Source of the DNA: an uncultured Actinomycetes bacterium
GTDB taxonomy: Bacteria > Actinomycetota > Thermoleophilia > Gaiellales > Gaiellaceae
Length of the DNA stretch: 64,000 nt
Assembly: GCA_963704025.1 (NCBI GenBank)
Contig: CAVPGP010000005.1
Location: forward strand, 443,386 to 507,385
Reading direction: 5' to 3'
The notes under the pieces are model-generated. The model saw only the letters and a program-made list of their open reading frames with translations, was not told where the DNA came from and did not search any database. Position 1 is the stretch's first letter, and each line of letters starts with the position of its first letter. Positions 24,250 to 33,435 of the stretch are shown one piece after another. The translations under genes and the position numbers were made by a program.

Positions 24250-25770
24250 CTACTTGTGCCGGCCGCGACCGCGCTCGCGTTCCCTGCCGGCTGAGCCCTG
24301 GCTCGAGTCCGGAGGGGCGACTGCCGGGGCCGGCGCGGGCGCGGCGGGCGCCGTCTGATCCAGTGCAGGCGGTGGGTTCTTCCACCTGCCATCCCGCTTG
24401 CCGCGGCCGTCGTTCCCCTTCGTGACGGGCGCCGAGGCCGGCGCGGGCGGAGTCGGCGCGGGGGGAGTCTGCACCGGCGGAGTCTGGGCCGGGGTGGAGG
24501 GAGCGCCGGTGGGATCGGGAGCGACAGGAACGAGCGGCTGGTCGGTTGCCGGTGGCTGAACCGGTGCCGAAGGCTGGGCGGGCGGCACCGGCCAGGAGCT
24601 CAACCCGCGCTCCGAGCGCTTGTCGGCGTATCGGCTCGTGCTCTTGCGCTCGTGCCGTTTGTCGCTCCTGCCGTCCTCGACCTTGACAGTTGCGGGCTCC
24701 ACCGGCGCGACCGCAGGCGGTGCCGGCGCGGTCTGCTCGTCGACGGGCGGGGCGGGCGGCGGGGCGGCGGCCTCCACGACCGGCGCGAACAGCGGGGGCG
24801 CCGCGGTGACCGACGGCGCCACGGTGGCCGCCGGCGGAGCCGACGCCTGCTCGTCGAGCCGCCTGAGCCGGAGCGCCGTGACCCGCCGGGCTGCGAGCGG
24901 GGAGAGGTGACGGGCCCTGGCGACGTGCTTCACCACGGCCGGCCTTCGCTTCGGCGCCGCCGCAGGCGCCACGGGCGTCGAGACCGTCCGCGAGACTGCC
25001 GCCCGCGGACGCGCCTTGGTGACCCGCGTCACCGCATTCGGCTTCGTGACGTGCGCACGATCGACCTTCTTGACCTCGTTCCCGGCGACCGCGGTCGTGG
25101 TCGCGACGGCTGCGACCGCAGCCACCTTGACCGCCGCGCCGCCGGCGAAGGCCCCCTTGGTGGCCGCGAGGATGGCGCCGATGTCGAGGCCGCTGCGCAG
25201 CCGCGCGCGCCGCTTCTTCTGCGGCGCCTCGGTGAGCCCGGTCGCGAGCGAGCGGCGGGCACGGAAGAGCAACGTCTCGACGGCAGGCTGCGAAAGCCCG
25301 AGCTCCTCGGCGATCTCCCGGTAGGACAGCCCCTGCCACTCGCGCAGGAGCAGCGCCTTGCGCTGCTGGTCGGACATCTCGGAGAGCGCGTCCGAGAGGC
25401 GGATCAGCGTCTCGGCGTCACGCTGCGGGCAAGGAACGACCTCCTGCAGCACGTCGAGGTCGCTCGGCGACTCGACGCGGCGGCGTCGGAACGTGGAGCG
25501 GTGCCGGGTGAGGCAGACGTTCTCGGCGATCTTGAAGAGCCACGCCTGCTCGAGCTCGGGCCGGACGCCGCGCTGGATACCCCGGAAGGCGTTGAGGAAG
25601 GTCGTCTGCGCTGCGTCCTCCGCCTCCTCGCGCGACCCCAGCCGGTGGAGGCAGAAGTTGAAGATCTGCCGGCTGTACCGCTCATAGAGGAGGCTCGTGG
25701 CCTGCGCTTCCGAGGCGGCAGGGCTGGGCTCGACGGCGCTCGCGCGCCCTATGGACGGTACTGCGGCCAA
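24250..25770 (-). CDS. ECF (sigma-70 family) sigma factor with a ~320-aa C-terminal extension (hydrophobic segment plus Pro/Ala-rich tail)
   Basis: Region 2 (LLYERYSRQIFNFCLHRLGSREEAEDAAQTTF) and region 4 (LLLREWQGLSYREIAEELGLSQPAVETLLFRARRSL) lie within residues 1-185. These are followed by KKRRARLRS, then the hydrophobic stretch LDIGAILAATKGAFAGGAAVKVAAVAAVATTTAVAG, and then low-complexity P/A/T-rich sequence. TTG start. Confidence 0.8.
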   Translation of the reverse strand: MAAVPSIGRASAVEPSPAASEAQATSLLYERYSRQIFNFCLHRLGSREEAEDAAQTTFLNAFRGIQRGVRPELEQAWLFKIAENVCLTRHRSTFRRRRVESPSDLDVLQEVVPCPQRDAETLIRLSDALSEMSDQQRKALLLREWQGLSYREIAEELGLSQPAVETLLFRARRSLATGLTEAPQKKRRARLRSGLDIGAILAATKGAFAGGAAVKVAAVAAVATTTAVAGNEVKKVDRAHVTKPNAVTRVTKARPRAAVSRTVSTPVAPAAAPKRRPAVVKHVARARHLSPLAARRVTALRLRRLDEQASAPPAATVAPSVTAAPPLFAPVVEAAAPPPAPPVDEQTAPAPPAVAPVEPATVKVEDGRSDKRHERKSTSRYADKRSERGLSSWPVPPAQPSAPVQPPATDQPLVPVAPDPTGAPSTPAQTPPVQTPPAPTPPAPASAPVTKGNDGRGKRDGRWKNPPPALDQTAPAAPAPAPAVAPPDSSQGSAGRERERGRGRHK

Positions 25771-25859
25771 GACGTCTCCCGAGACGTGTTCTTCCTACGT
25801 TCGGCGCCGCCGCCAGCGCTCCCTCAGTCTGAGCGGACCCCCCAGTCTGGCAAATCCCC

Positions 25860-26942
25860 TTAACGGGTGAGCGCGTGTGCTCCCCGGAGGGCCCGCCTCA
25901 GGCGCACGAAGAGGGCCTCGAACGCCAGCTGAGGCGCCAGATTGAGCTCCTCGAGCTCCCGCCAGGTGTCGCGGACGGCTTCTGCCGCCCGCTCTGCGCC
26001 GGGCAGGAGCGCCTCCGACGCGTCCTCCCGCAGCTCGGCGAGCCGATCCGCGTGGACGACGACGCCCTCTGCGCCGACCCCGACCGCGATCAGGTCGCGG
26101 TACCAGGCGGCCAGCTCCTCGAGCGAGTCGAGGAGCTCTTCCCGCTCGGCGCCGCGCCCGGCCCGGCGCACGCGCTGCTCCGCCTCGCGCGCCGGCAGCT
26201 CGAGCCCCGCGATCGCCTCCTCCTCGCGCTCCTTCGCCTCGCTCGAGCGCTCACGCGACGCCTCTACGATCTGCGCGGCGGCGTCCGCCGGCTCGAACGC
26301 CTCGTCGGCGTAGACGGCGCGGCCGAGCTCGAGGAGTTGCGCCCGCCGGGCCGCCGCGGCCGGGTCGAGCAGCCGCTCCAGCCGGTCGATCCGCCCCGCC
26401 GAGACGCGCGCCAGCGCCGTCCGCTCCGCGTCGTCGAGCCCCGGCGCCCTCCGCTCCAGCTCCTCGCGGATCGAGCGCTCGGAGAGACGCCGGAACGGCA
26501 CGAGCTGGCAACGCGAGCGAATGGTCTCGGGCAGGGGGCCGAGGTCGTCCGCGACGAGGACGATCACCGCGTACGGCGGCGGCTCCTCGAGATCCTTGAG
26601 GAGCGCGTCGGCGGCCTCGTCGTTGAGCAGGTTCGCATCGAAGATCAGGTAGACGCGGCGGTCGGCCTCGAACGGGCGCATGTGCAGATCGCGGCGCAGC
26701 TCGCGCGTCGCGTCGATGCGGATCATCTCGCCGAGCGCCTCGAGCACGTACAGGTCAGGGTGTGCCCGGCGCCGCGCGCGGCCCTCGTCCCCGAGCAGCT
26801 TGCCGGCGAGCTCGAGCGCAGCCCTGCGCTTGCCGACCCCGGGAGGCCCGTGGAAGAGAAAGGCATGCGCCGGCCCGTCGGCGACGGCCGCATCGAGAAG
26901 GCGCTTCGCCTCCGCCTGCTCAGGAAAGTCCCAGGTGCTCAC
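25860..26942 (-). CDS. holB: DNA polymerase III delta-prime subunit
   Basis: AHAFLFHGPPGVGKRRAA (Walker A-like), LIFDANLLNDEAADALLKDLEEPP, and SRC motif TIRSRCQLVPF. Confidence 0.88.
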   Translation of the reverse strand: MSTWDFPEQAEAKRLLDAAVADGPAHAFLFHGPPGVGKRRAALELAGKLLGDEGRARRRAHPDLYVLEALGEMIRIDATRELRRDLHMRPFEADRRVYLIFDANLLNDEAADALLKDLEEPPPYAVIVLVADDLGPLPETIRSRCQLVPFRRLSERSIREELERRAPGLDDAERTALARVSAGRIDRLERLLDPAAAARRAQLLELGRAVYADEAFEPADAAAQIVEASRERSSEAKEREEEAIAGLELPAREAEQRVRRAGRGAEREELLDSLEELAAWYRDLIAVGVGAEGVVVHADRLAELREDASEALLPGAERAAEAVRDTWRELEELNLAPQLAFEALFVRLRRALRGAHALTR

Positions 26943-27513
26943 GTACCTCCCGTGCGATCTCGTCAGGCGCCTGCGAGCCGTCCAGGGCGACGATCCGCCG
27001 CGGGAAGATCGCTGCCAGCCCGCGATAGGCCTCGTCGACCCGGGCGCGGAAGTCGAGCCGCTCGCGCTCGATCCGGTCGGGCTCGCCCCGCTGGCGCTTC
27101 TCGGCCGCCTCCGGGTCGAGCTGGAGCAGGAACGTCCTGTCGGGGAGCAGGCCGCGAACGGCGGCCAAGTTCAGCTCCAGCACGCGGCCGACTCCGAGCC
27201 CGCGGGCGATCCCCTGGTAGGCGATCGACGAGTCGATGTAGCGGTCGCAGACGACCGATGCACCACGCTCGAGCGCCGGACGGATCACCTCCTCGACGAG
27301 CTCCGCACGCGCGGCGGCGTAGAGCGCCGCCTCCGTCCAGGGGGTCATCTCAGGCCCGTGCAGGACGAGCTCGCGGATGCCCTCGCCGACGTCGGTGCCG
27401 CCGGGTTCGCGCGTCGCCACGACCTCGTCGCCGCGTCCGGAGAGGGCCTGGGCGAGCCGCTCCACCTGGGTGCTCTTCCCGGAGCCGTCGAGGCCTTCGA
27501 ACGTCACGAACAT
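26920..27513 (-). CDS. tmk: Thymidylate kinase
   Basis: ATG 27513 gives MFVTFEGLDGSGKSTQ (P-loop), with TREPGGT and CDRYIDSSIAYQG. It overlaps the holB start by 23 nt. Confidence 0.92.
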   Translation of the reverse strand: MFVTFEGLDGSGKSTQVERLAQALSGRGDEVVATREPGGTDVGEGIRELVLHGPEMTPWTEAALYAAARAELVEEVIRPALERGASVVCDRYIDSSIAYQGIARGLGVGRVLELNLAAVRGLLPDRTFLLQLDPEAAEKRQRGEPDRIERERLDFRARVDEAYRGLAAIFPRRIVALDGSQAPDEIAREVREHLGLS

Positions 27514-27535
27514 CGGATCCGTACCATAGGGACCC

Positions 27536-28453
27536 GTGCGGGCGGTCGTCACAGGGGGCGCAGGGTTCATCGGCTCGCACCTCGTGGACGCCCTGGTCGA
27601 GCGCGGCGACGAGGTGCTCGTCGTGGACAACTTCGCGACCGGCAAGCGGGAGTTCCTGAACCCGGGCGCCGAGCTGCGCGTGCACGACATTCGCGAGCCG
27701 TTCGCGCTCGACGCGGACGTCGTCTTCCACCTCGCCGCGCAGGCGGACGTCGGCACGTCGGTGCAGCGCCCAGACTACGACGCACAGGTGAACGTCGTCG
27801 GCACCGTCAATACCCTTGAGGCGGCGGGCGAGACCAAGCTCGTCTTCGCCTCCACCGGCGGCGCGATCTACGGCGACGTCACGGGGCCGGCGGACGAGGA
27901 GCACGAGCGGCGGCCCGTGTCGCCGTACGGCACCGCCAAGCTGGCCGCGGAGGCATACGTGCAGACGTGGAACCGGCTGTACGGGAGGGGCCACGTCGTG
28001 CTCCGCTTCGCGAACGTGTACGGCCCGCGCCAGGACTCGTCGCTCGAGGGCGGCGTCGTCTCGATCTTCCTCGAGCGGATGGGCCGGCACGAGGAGACGC
28101 TGATCTTCGGCGACGGCGGTCACGAGCGCGACTATGTCTACGTCGGAGACGTCGTCGCCGCCGTGCTCGCAGCGGAGGGCCACGAGGGCGGCGTCTTCAA
28201 CATCGGCACCGGCGTCGCCACATCGGTGTCGGAGCTCCATTCGCTCTGCCGGCGCATCAGCGGCGTCGACGATCCGGCGCGGCGCATCGAGGCGCGCGCG
28301 GGCGACGCGCGCCGCAGCGTGCTCGACGTCGGTCGCGCGCACCGCGAGCTCGGCTGGGATCCACGGGTCGGCCTCGAGGACGGGCTGCGCCTGACCTGGC
28401 TCTCGTTACGCGATCCAGATGCCGTGGGCGAACGCCGCGCCCGCCAGGGCTGA
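27536..28453 (+). CDS. NAD-dependent epimerase/dehydratase (UDP-glucose 4-epimerase-like SDR)
   Basis: VVTGGAGFIGSHLVDAL Rossmann motif and catalytic YGTAK. GTG start. Confidence 0.85.
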   Translation: MRAVVTGGAGFIGSHLVDALVERGDEVLVVDNFATGKREFLNPGAELRVHDIREPFALDADVVFHLAAQADVGTSVQRPDYDAQVNVVGTVNTLEAAGETKLVFASTGGAIYGDVTGPADEEHERRPVSPYGTAKLAAEAYVQTWNRLYGRGHVVLRFANVYGPRQDSSLEGGVVSIFLERMGRHEETLIFGDGGHERDYVYVGDVVAAVLAAEGHEGGVFNIGTGVATSVSELHSLCRRISGVDDPARRIEARAGDARRSVLDVGRAHRELGWDPRVGLEDGLRLTWLSLRDPDAVGERRARQG

Positions 28454-29542
28454 GAGCGCGCCGAAGCCGACCAGCACGCCCGTCCGCCAGCCGGGGCGGT
28501 CGCGGACGAGCGCCGCGATCGCGAGCAGGATCGGGAAGTCCGCCATCAGGAACCGCGGCAGGCTGACGAGCGGGAACCCCTTCGAGGGGACCGAGACGAC
28601 GATCAGCAGGGTCGCCGCCGAGTAGAGCCCGAACGCCGGCCCGAGCCGCCTCCACGCGACCCAGGTCAGCCAGGCGGCGGGCACGAGCAGCACGAGGTGG
28701 AACGCGTTCCAGAAGGCGAGGCGCTCCTCGGGCGTGAACGCCTGGCCGCGCGGCAGGTGCCGCAGCAGGCGAAGGCCGCCGTGCCCGCCGGCCTGGATCG
28801 CGTCCCAAAGCCCGCCGACCGGCCCGAGGGTCGCCGTCTCCCGATCCCAGAACACCTGCGCCTTCGAGAACGCCCAGAAGTCCCCGAGGTGTCGTTGCAG
28901 GTACCAGCCGTAGAGCACCACGGCCAGGGGCAGGAGAAGCAGCGGCACCAGCCTGCGCGGGGTCCGCCAGAGGAGCAGGACGAGCGCCGGCAGGAGCGCG
29001 AGCCCGAGCAGGCGCGTCGCCACGGCAAGGCCGCCGAAGATCCCCGCGCGCCACGCCTGCCCGCGCATCGCGAAGAGAAACGACCAGGCGGAGAGCGCGA
29101 GGAAGAGGCCGTCGGAGTAGAGCGCGGTGAAGACGAACGCCGTCGGGAAGAGCGCCAGCAGCAGGACCGTGTCGCGCGCCCCCTGCTCGCCGAGGTGAGG
29201 CCGCGCGATCTCCGCGATCGCCCAGGCCGCGAAGCCGCCGGCCGTGAGCGACAGGAGCGTCCCGAGCGCGAGCGACGAGCCGAGCAGATGGAGCAGCAGC
29301 GGGTAGAGCGGCCAGAACGCCGCCGAGGTCGAGTTGTAGCCGTCGCGCGCGATGTGGAGATACCACTGCGCGTCCCAGTGCTCGAACGTGCCGAAGAGCA
29401 GGTCGGAGAGCGGCCCCCACGCGTGGTCGGCCGGCCGGTCCTCGGCGCGCAGCGGCGCCCACAGGATCGTCGCTGCCGTCGCCAGCCAGAAGGCGACGCG
29501 GATCCAGACGAAGACCCAGAAGTAACGCACCCCGCTACCCAC
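28406..29542 (-). CDS. Polytopic membrane glycosyltransferase-like protein (PIG-V/mannosyltransferase-like, GT-C fold)
   Basis: 378 aa with many TM segments. N-terminal loop FEHWDAQWYLHIARDGY is typical of Mannosyl_trans2-like proteins. The 3' end overlaps the convergent epimerase gene by 48 nt. Confidence 0.65.
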   Translation of the reverse strand: MGSGVRYFWVFVWIRVAFWLATAATILWAPLRAEDRPADHAWGPLSDLLFGTFEHWDAQWYLHIARDGYNSTSAAFWPLYPLLLHLLGSSLALGTLLSLTAGGFAAWAIAEIARPHLGEQGARDTVLLLALFPTAFVFTALYSDGLFLALSAWSFLFAMRGQAWRAGIFGGLAVATRLLGLALLPALVLLLWRTPRRLVPLLLLPLAVVLYGWYLQRHLGDFWAFSKAQVFWDRETATLGPVGGLWDAIQAGGHGGLRLLRHLPRGQAFTPEERLAFWNAFHLVLLVPAAWLTWVAWRRLGPAFGLYSAATLLIVVSVPSKGFPLVSLPRFLMADFPILLAIAALVRDRPGWRTGVLVGFGALSALAGAAFAHGIWIA

Positions 29543-29592
29543 CGGGGGATCCTAGAAGGAGCCTCCGCGGGAGCAGCGAAACACGTGGGGCC

Positions 29593-30108
29593 TTGGACCA
29601 CCCGCTGCCCTCTCCCGACGCTCTCGTCCGCCCGTGGCGGACCGCAACGCTGATCGCCAGCGGGATCGCGGCGCTCGAGCTCGTGCTGCTCGCGGGGGCG
29701 GGCGCCGCCCTGCTGGCGAAGCCGATGGCGAAGCACATGCGGGCGTCAGCCGAGGTGCACGCGTTCGCGCCCGTGAAGAAGGCCGCACCGCCGAAGGCTC
29801 CCGCTCCGGGCAAGCCGAAGCTGCGGCGCGGCGAGATGACGATCATGGTCCTGAACGGGAACGGCCGCGCCGGCGCCGCGTCGGCCGAAGCCGCGAAAGT
29901 GCGCAGGCACGGCTACATGCTGGGCACGACCGGGAACGCGCCCCGCTCGGACTACGCGACGACGGTCGTGATGTACCGGCCGGGCCTGCGGGCCGAGGGA
30001 CTTCGCCTCGCGCGCGACCTGCACGTGAAGGTCGTCGGGCCGCTCGACGGGCTCTCCACCCGGGATCTCTTCGGCGCGCACGCCGCCATCATCGTCGGCG
30101 CCGCGTAG
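29593..30108 (+). CDS. LytR_C (LytR/CpsA/Psr C-terminal) domain membrane-anchored protein
   Basis: One N-terminal TM, a Pro/Lys linker, then IMVLNGNGRAGAASAEAAKVRRHGY...TTVVMYRPG. TTG start, so the start is uncertain. Confidence 0.72.
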   Translation: MDHPLPSPDALVRPWRTATLIASGIAALELVLLAGAGAALLAKPMAKHMRASAEVHAFAPVKKAAPPKAPAPGKPKLRRGEMTIMVLNGNGRAGAASAEAAKVRRHGYMLGTTGNAPRSDYATTVVMYRPGLRAEGLRLARDLHVKVVGPLDGLSTRDLFGAHAAIIVGAA

Positions 30109-30315
30109 CTAGACCGACGGCGCGGACCGCGCGGCGACCCGCCTGGCGAGCTTCGCGACTGCGAGTCCGGCGCCCGCGATCCCTGCCGTGAGGACGCCGA
30201 CGACGTTGGTCGTCACACAGGTCCGGCAGGCGTTGCAGCAGACGGCGGCCATGGGGGCGTTCTCGCCGTACCTGCCCGCGGCCTGCGCGACCTTGGCGGT
30301 CCAGATCTGCTTCAC
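30109..30315 (-). CDS. Small Cys-rich tail-anchored protein (CCNACRTC motif followed by one TM)
   Basis: 68 aa with very high G/C at third positions. CCxxCxxC lies directly before the hydrophobic helix VVGVLTAGIAGAGLAVA, followed by a basic tail. GTG start without an obvious SD, so the start is uncertain. Confidence 0.55.
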   Translation of the reverse strand: MKQIWTAKVAQAAGRYGENAPMAAVCCNACRTCVTTNVVGVLTAGIAGAGLAVAKLARRVAARSAPSV

Positions 30316-30364
30316 CGGAGGAAATGTAGTCGTCTCCAGGAGGGTTGGCGAAACGGAAATCCGG

Positions 30365-31405
30365 TTAGCTGCGCCTGATTTCAGCCCTCGCAGCCTGCAA
30401 GGCTCCGTCGACGAAATCGCTCTTGGCGTCGGTGTAGCCGAGCCGGTCGTCGCGGTGCCACGCCGCGAGGTTCTTCTTCAGCGCCGCATACTCCTGCGCC
30501 ACGTCCGGGTGTTGTCGCAGGTAGTCGCGTAAGTGGATGTGATCGGCGTGAGGCTGGCTGCCTGCTACAACGACGTAGAGGTGGTGCGGCTTGGCGTCGG
30601 GCGGCCACAGAAATGCCTCTCGCCCCGCGATCCCTTTGTCTCCTTGATAGACGTAGCCGAGCGCGCGCAGTCGTTCGATGGTGGCGGGCACGTCCTCCGA
30701 CGAGCGCACTACGACGTCGATGTCGATCACCGGCTTGGCTGCCAAGCCGGGAACCGACGTGCTGCCGATGTGCTCAACCTCCGCAGCGAGGTCAGCAACC
30801 GCGTCGCGGACTGGCCGGGCGGATTCCTCGAAGAGCGTCGCCCACGCCTCGTCGTAGTCGACGACGACAAGCGGAGAGCGTGCAGACGTGGTCTGGGTGA
30901 GGATCTCCTCGACAGTCTCCTCGGGGGTGAGATCGGTCGTGTCGAGCCAGATGCCGACGCGCGGCGTCGCGGTGACGAAGCCTTCGTAGAGCTGCTCGCC
31001 CGTCCAGGCGCCGTAACCCTTGTGGTCTCGTTCGACCTCACGCGCGGCGACCGCCTCGACCGACGGCAAGAGGACGATCACGTGGCACGGGCGGCTGCGG
31101 ATCATCGTGCGGTAGTCGCCGAGTACCGCCCCGGCGACATCATCCTCCAACGCGACGTTGAAGCCAGCCTGAGAGTATGCGTCGGCGGCAGCAGCAGCGA
31201 GGCGGTAGCGCAAGCGCAACTGCTCGAGCGCTTCCGGAGAGGCGTCCGGCGTCATCTCTTCGCGTCCGCTGACGATGCTCCGTCGGAATACGTCGCCTTC
31301 GAGATGCACGCCTCGCTCAAACCGCGAGGCTAATAGTCGCGCGACGGTGGATTTGCCCGCCGCCATCGGGCCGCTGATCAAGTAGATGGTGGGATGTTGC
31401 TCCAC
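30365..31405 (-). CDS. Fusion of a P-loop kinase-like domain (AAA_33/CPT-like) and a GrpB nucleotidyltransferase-fold domain
   Basis: Walker A ISGPMAAGKSTVARLL lies in the N-terminal half. The C-terminal half has GrpB hallmarks HIGSTSVPGLAAKPVIDIDVVV and HHLYVV...HIHLRDYLRQHPDVAQEYAALK. TAA stop, and visibly lower GC than its neighbours. The start is taken as GTG 31405; the listed ORF extends to TTG 31489. Confidence 0.75.
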   Translation of the reverse strand: MEQHPTIYLISGPMAAGKSTVARLLASRFERGVHLEGDVFRRSIVSGREEMTPDASPEALEQLRLRYRLAAAAADAYSQAGFNVALEDDVAGAVLGDYRTMIRSRPCHVIVLLPSVEAVAAREVERDHKGYGAWTGEQLYEGFVTATPRVGIWLDTTDLTPEETVEEILTQTTSARSPLVVVDYDEAWATLFEESARPVRDAVADLAAEVEHIGSTSVPGLAAKPVIDIDVVVRSSEDVPATIERLRALGYVYQGDKGIAGREAFLWPPDAKPHHLYVVVAGSQPHADHIHLRDYLRQHPDVAQEYAALKKNLAAWHRDDRLGYTDAKSDFVDGALQAARAEIRRS

Positions 31406-31490
31406 TCGTGGAGCGTAGGAGGGACTACCCCTCTTGGCGAACCGGCCGCTGAGCCGCCGTGCACGCGTCGACGAGGACCATTTAGCCAAC

Positions 31491-33287
31491 CTAGCCGGCG
31501 TTCACTCTCGCGCGCGCCTCGTCCAGCAGGTCGAGGCAGGGGCCCTGCGAGTCGAGCGTGTACCAGCGGTTCAGATGCCGGTACGCGCGCTGCGGGTCGT
31601 CGAGGACGACCAGCTCGAACTGGCCGAGGTCGCACCAGGCGACGGGGTTCTCCGGCTGCTGCGCGATCTCCAGCAGGTGATCCCGATACGCGCCCCGGAG
31701 ATCTCGGAGGGCGAGCTTCGCGTTCGCACGGGCGACGATCGGGTCGAGCGAAAGCGGGTCGAGCGAGCGAGCCCGGTCGGCGTCGCGGACGGCGCCGCGC
31801 GAGCCGAGCGAGTCGTAGGCGCGCGTGACGTAACGGTCAGCGAGCCAGGGGGAGAAGAGCGACACGGCCCCCGCGAGCGCGAAGAGACCAGCGCCGAGCC
31901 GCCACGCGAGCGGCGCGCGCGGGCTCTCACGGCCGAGCGCGACCCCGAGAGCGAGGAACACCGGCGCGCAGACGGCGAGGAAGTCCCAGTCGATCTCCAG
32001 CAGCCCGTGCAGGACGAACGCGAGCGGAGCGAGGCCGAGCGCGAGCAGCGCTCCCCGCGGCCGGCGCGCGAAGATCGCGACGAGGGCCGCGGCGAAGCCG
32101 CCCGCGAAGAGCAGCAGACCGACGAGACCCGTCTCGGAGAGGAACTGCAGCGGCAGGTTGTGGGGCTCCGTGACCGCCTGGTTGTTACCGCGGAACCGCT
32201 TGTGCACGAGCTCGAACGAGCCGGCGCCGGTGCCGCTCGTCTTCCGCAGCTGCCAGCCGTCGACGGCCTCGCCCCACCAGCGCCAGCGGTTGTTCGAGCT
32301 CGCCGAGCCGAGGCGGGTCGGATCGTTCGTCGCCTCGGCCGAGGCGGGGTTGCGGAACTCGCTCCACCAGGTCGAGCCGTGCGTCGCGGCGACCGTGAGA
32401 GCGAGTGCCGCGACCAGGGCGCCGACGACGGCCAGCGTGCGCCGCACGATTCGGCGGCGACGCTCCTCGGGCGAGACCTCCGGCACGAGCACGGTCACGG
32501 CGGCGCCCACGACCAGGACGAGCCCGAAGATCAACCCGTCGCGCACCTGCGTCGAATGCGGCTGGTCGTTCGAGGTCACACCCGGCAGGGCAAACGCGAT
32601 CGCCCCGACGACGACCCCGGTTACGCCCGCCACGACGAGCGCGACGAGGCTCTCGAAACGCCGCGAGGCGAGCGCAATCCAGAGCGACGAGACGACCAGC
32701 GCCACGATCACGCCTCCGCGCGAGAGCGTCAGCAGCAGCGCGACCGTCCAGGCGTAGACGAGCAGGAGCCCCGCGCGGCGGCGCACCTCCGTGGCGACCC
32801 ACAGCCCGAGCGGCAGCGCCAGGTCGCCGAGCAGCGCCAGCTCGTTCCAGATGCCCACGGGGTCGCGCAGGCGCGCCACGCGCCCGCCGCCCCCGAGCGC
32901 GGGCACGACCTTCCCCGCGAGCGACCAGGCCGCGACCGCGCCGAGGAGGGCCGCGAGCCCGAGGGCGACCTCTCTCGCGCGGCCGGCGAGCGCGAGGCCG
33001 ATGACCACGAACGCGAGGTACACGAGCCCGCGGTTGAGGTACTCCCACGAGCGGTCCGGAAGCCACGACCACGCGATCGAGAGCCCGCACCAGCCGACGA
33101 ACGCGACGAGCAGCGCCAGCGCCGTCAGCTCCAGGCGGCCGAGCCGCGGCGCGGGCAGCGCGACCGCGGCGAGCACGAGCGCCGCGGTGCCGATCCAGGG
33201 GAGCGAGCCGGTTCCCGCGGCGCCACCGAAGAAGAGCGCGGCGCCGACGAGCGTGAGCGCGGCCAGGAGGAGTGGCGAACGCCGCAT
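31491..33287 (-). CDS. O-antigen ligase (Wzy_C) family membrane protein with C-terminal TPR-like soluble domain
   Basis: 598 aa. Loop motif TGAGSFELVHKRF...EPHNLPLQFLSETGLVGLLLF. The last ~140 aa are helical-repeat-like (YDSLGSRGAVRDADRARSLDP...LALRDLRGAYRDHLLEIAQ). Confidence 0.78.
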   Translation of the reverse strand: MRRSPLLLAALTLVGAALFFGGAAGTGSLPWIGTAALVLAAVALPAPRLGRLELTALALLVAFVGWCGLSIAWSWLPDRSWEYLNRGLVYLAFVVIGLALAGRAREVALGLAALLGAVAAWSLAGKVVPALGGGGRVARLRDPVGIWNELALLGDLALPLGLWVATEVRRRAGLLLVYAWTVALLLTLSRGGVIVALVVSSLWIALASRRFESLVALVVAGVTGVVVGAIAFALPGVTSNDQPHSTQVRDGLIFGLVLVVGAAVTVLVPEVSPEERRRRIVRRTLAVVGALVAALALTVAATHGSTWWSEFRNPASAEATNDPTRLGSASSNNRWRWWGEAVDGWQLRKTSGTGAGSFELVHKRFRGNNQAVTEPHNLPLQFLSETGLVGLLLFAGGFAAALVAIFARRPRGALLALGLAPLAFVLHGLLEIDWDFLAVCAPVFLALGVALGRESPRAPLAWRLGAGLFALAGAVSLFSPWLADRYVTRAYDSLGSRGAVRDADRARSLDPLSLDPIVARANAKLALRDLRGAYRDHLLEIAQQPENPVAWCDLGQFELVVLDDPQRAYRHLNRWYTLDSQGPCLDLLDEARARVNAG

Positions 33288-33435
33288 TCCGGCGAAGCTA
33301 TATAGGATGGCTCGGCCGCTCAGGGCCGTTTACGAACCGTTAACACGAGCCATACCCGACCATCACCGGGGACAGGGAGACTCGAGGTATCGGCCCGTGT
33401 CCGACGAGGTCGTTCGTCCGTTGTCGAACCACTGC

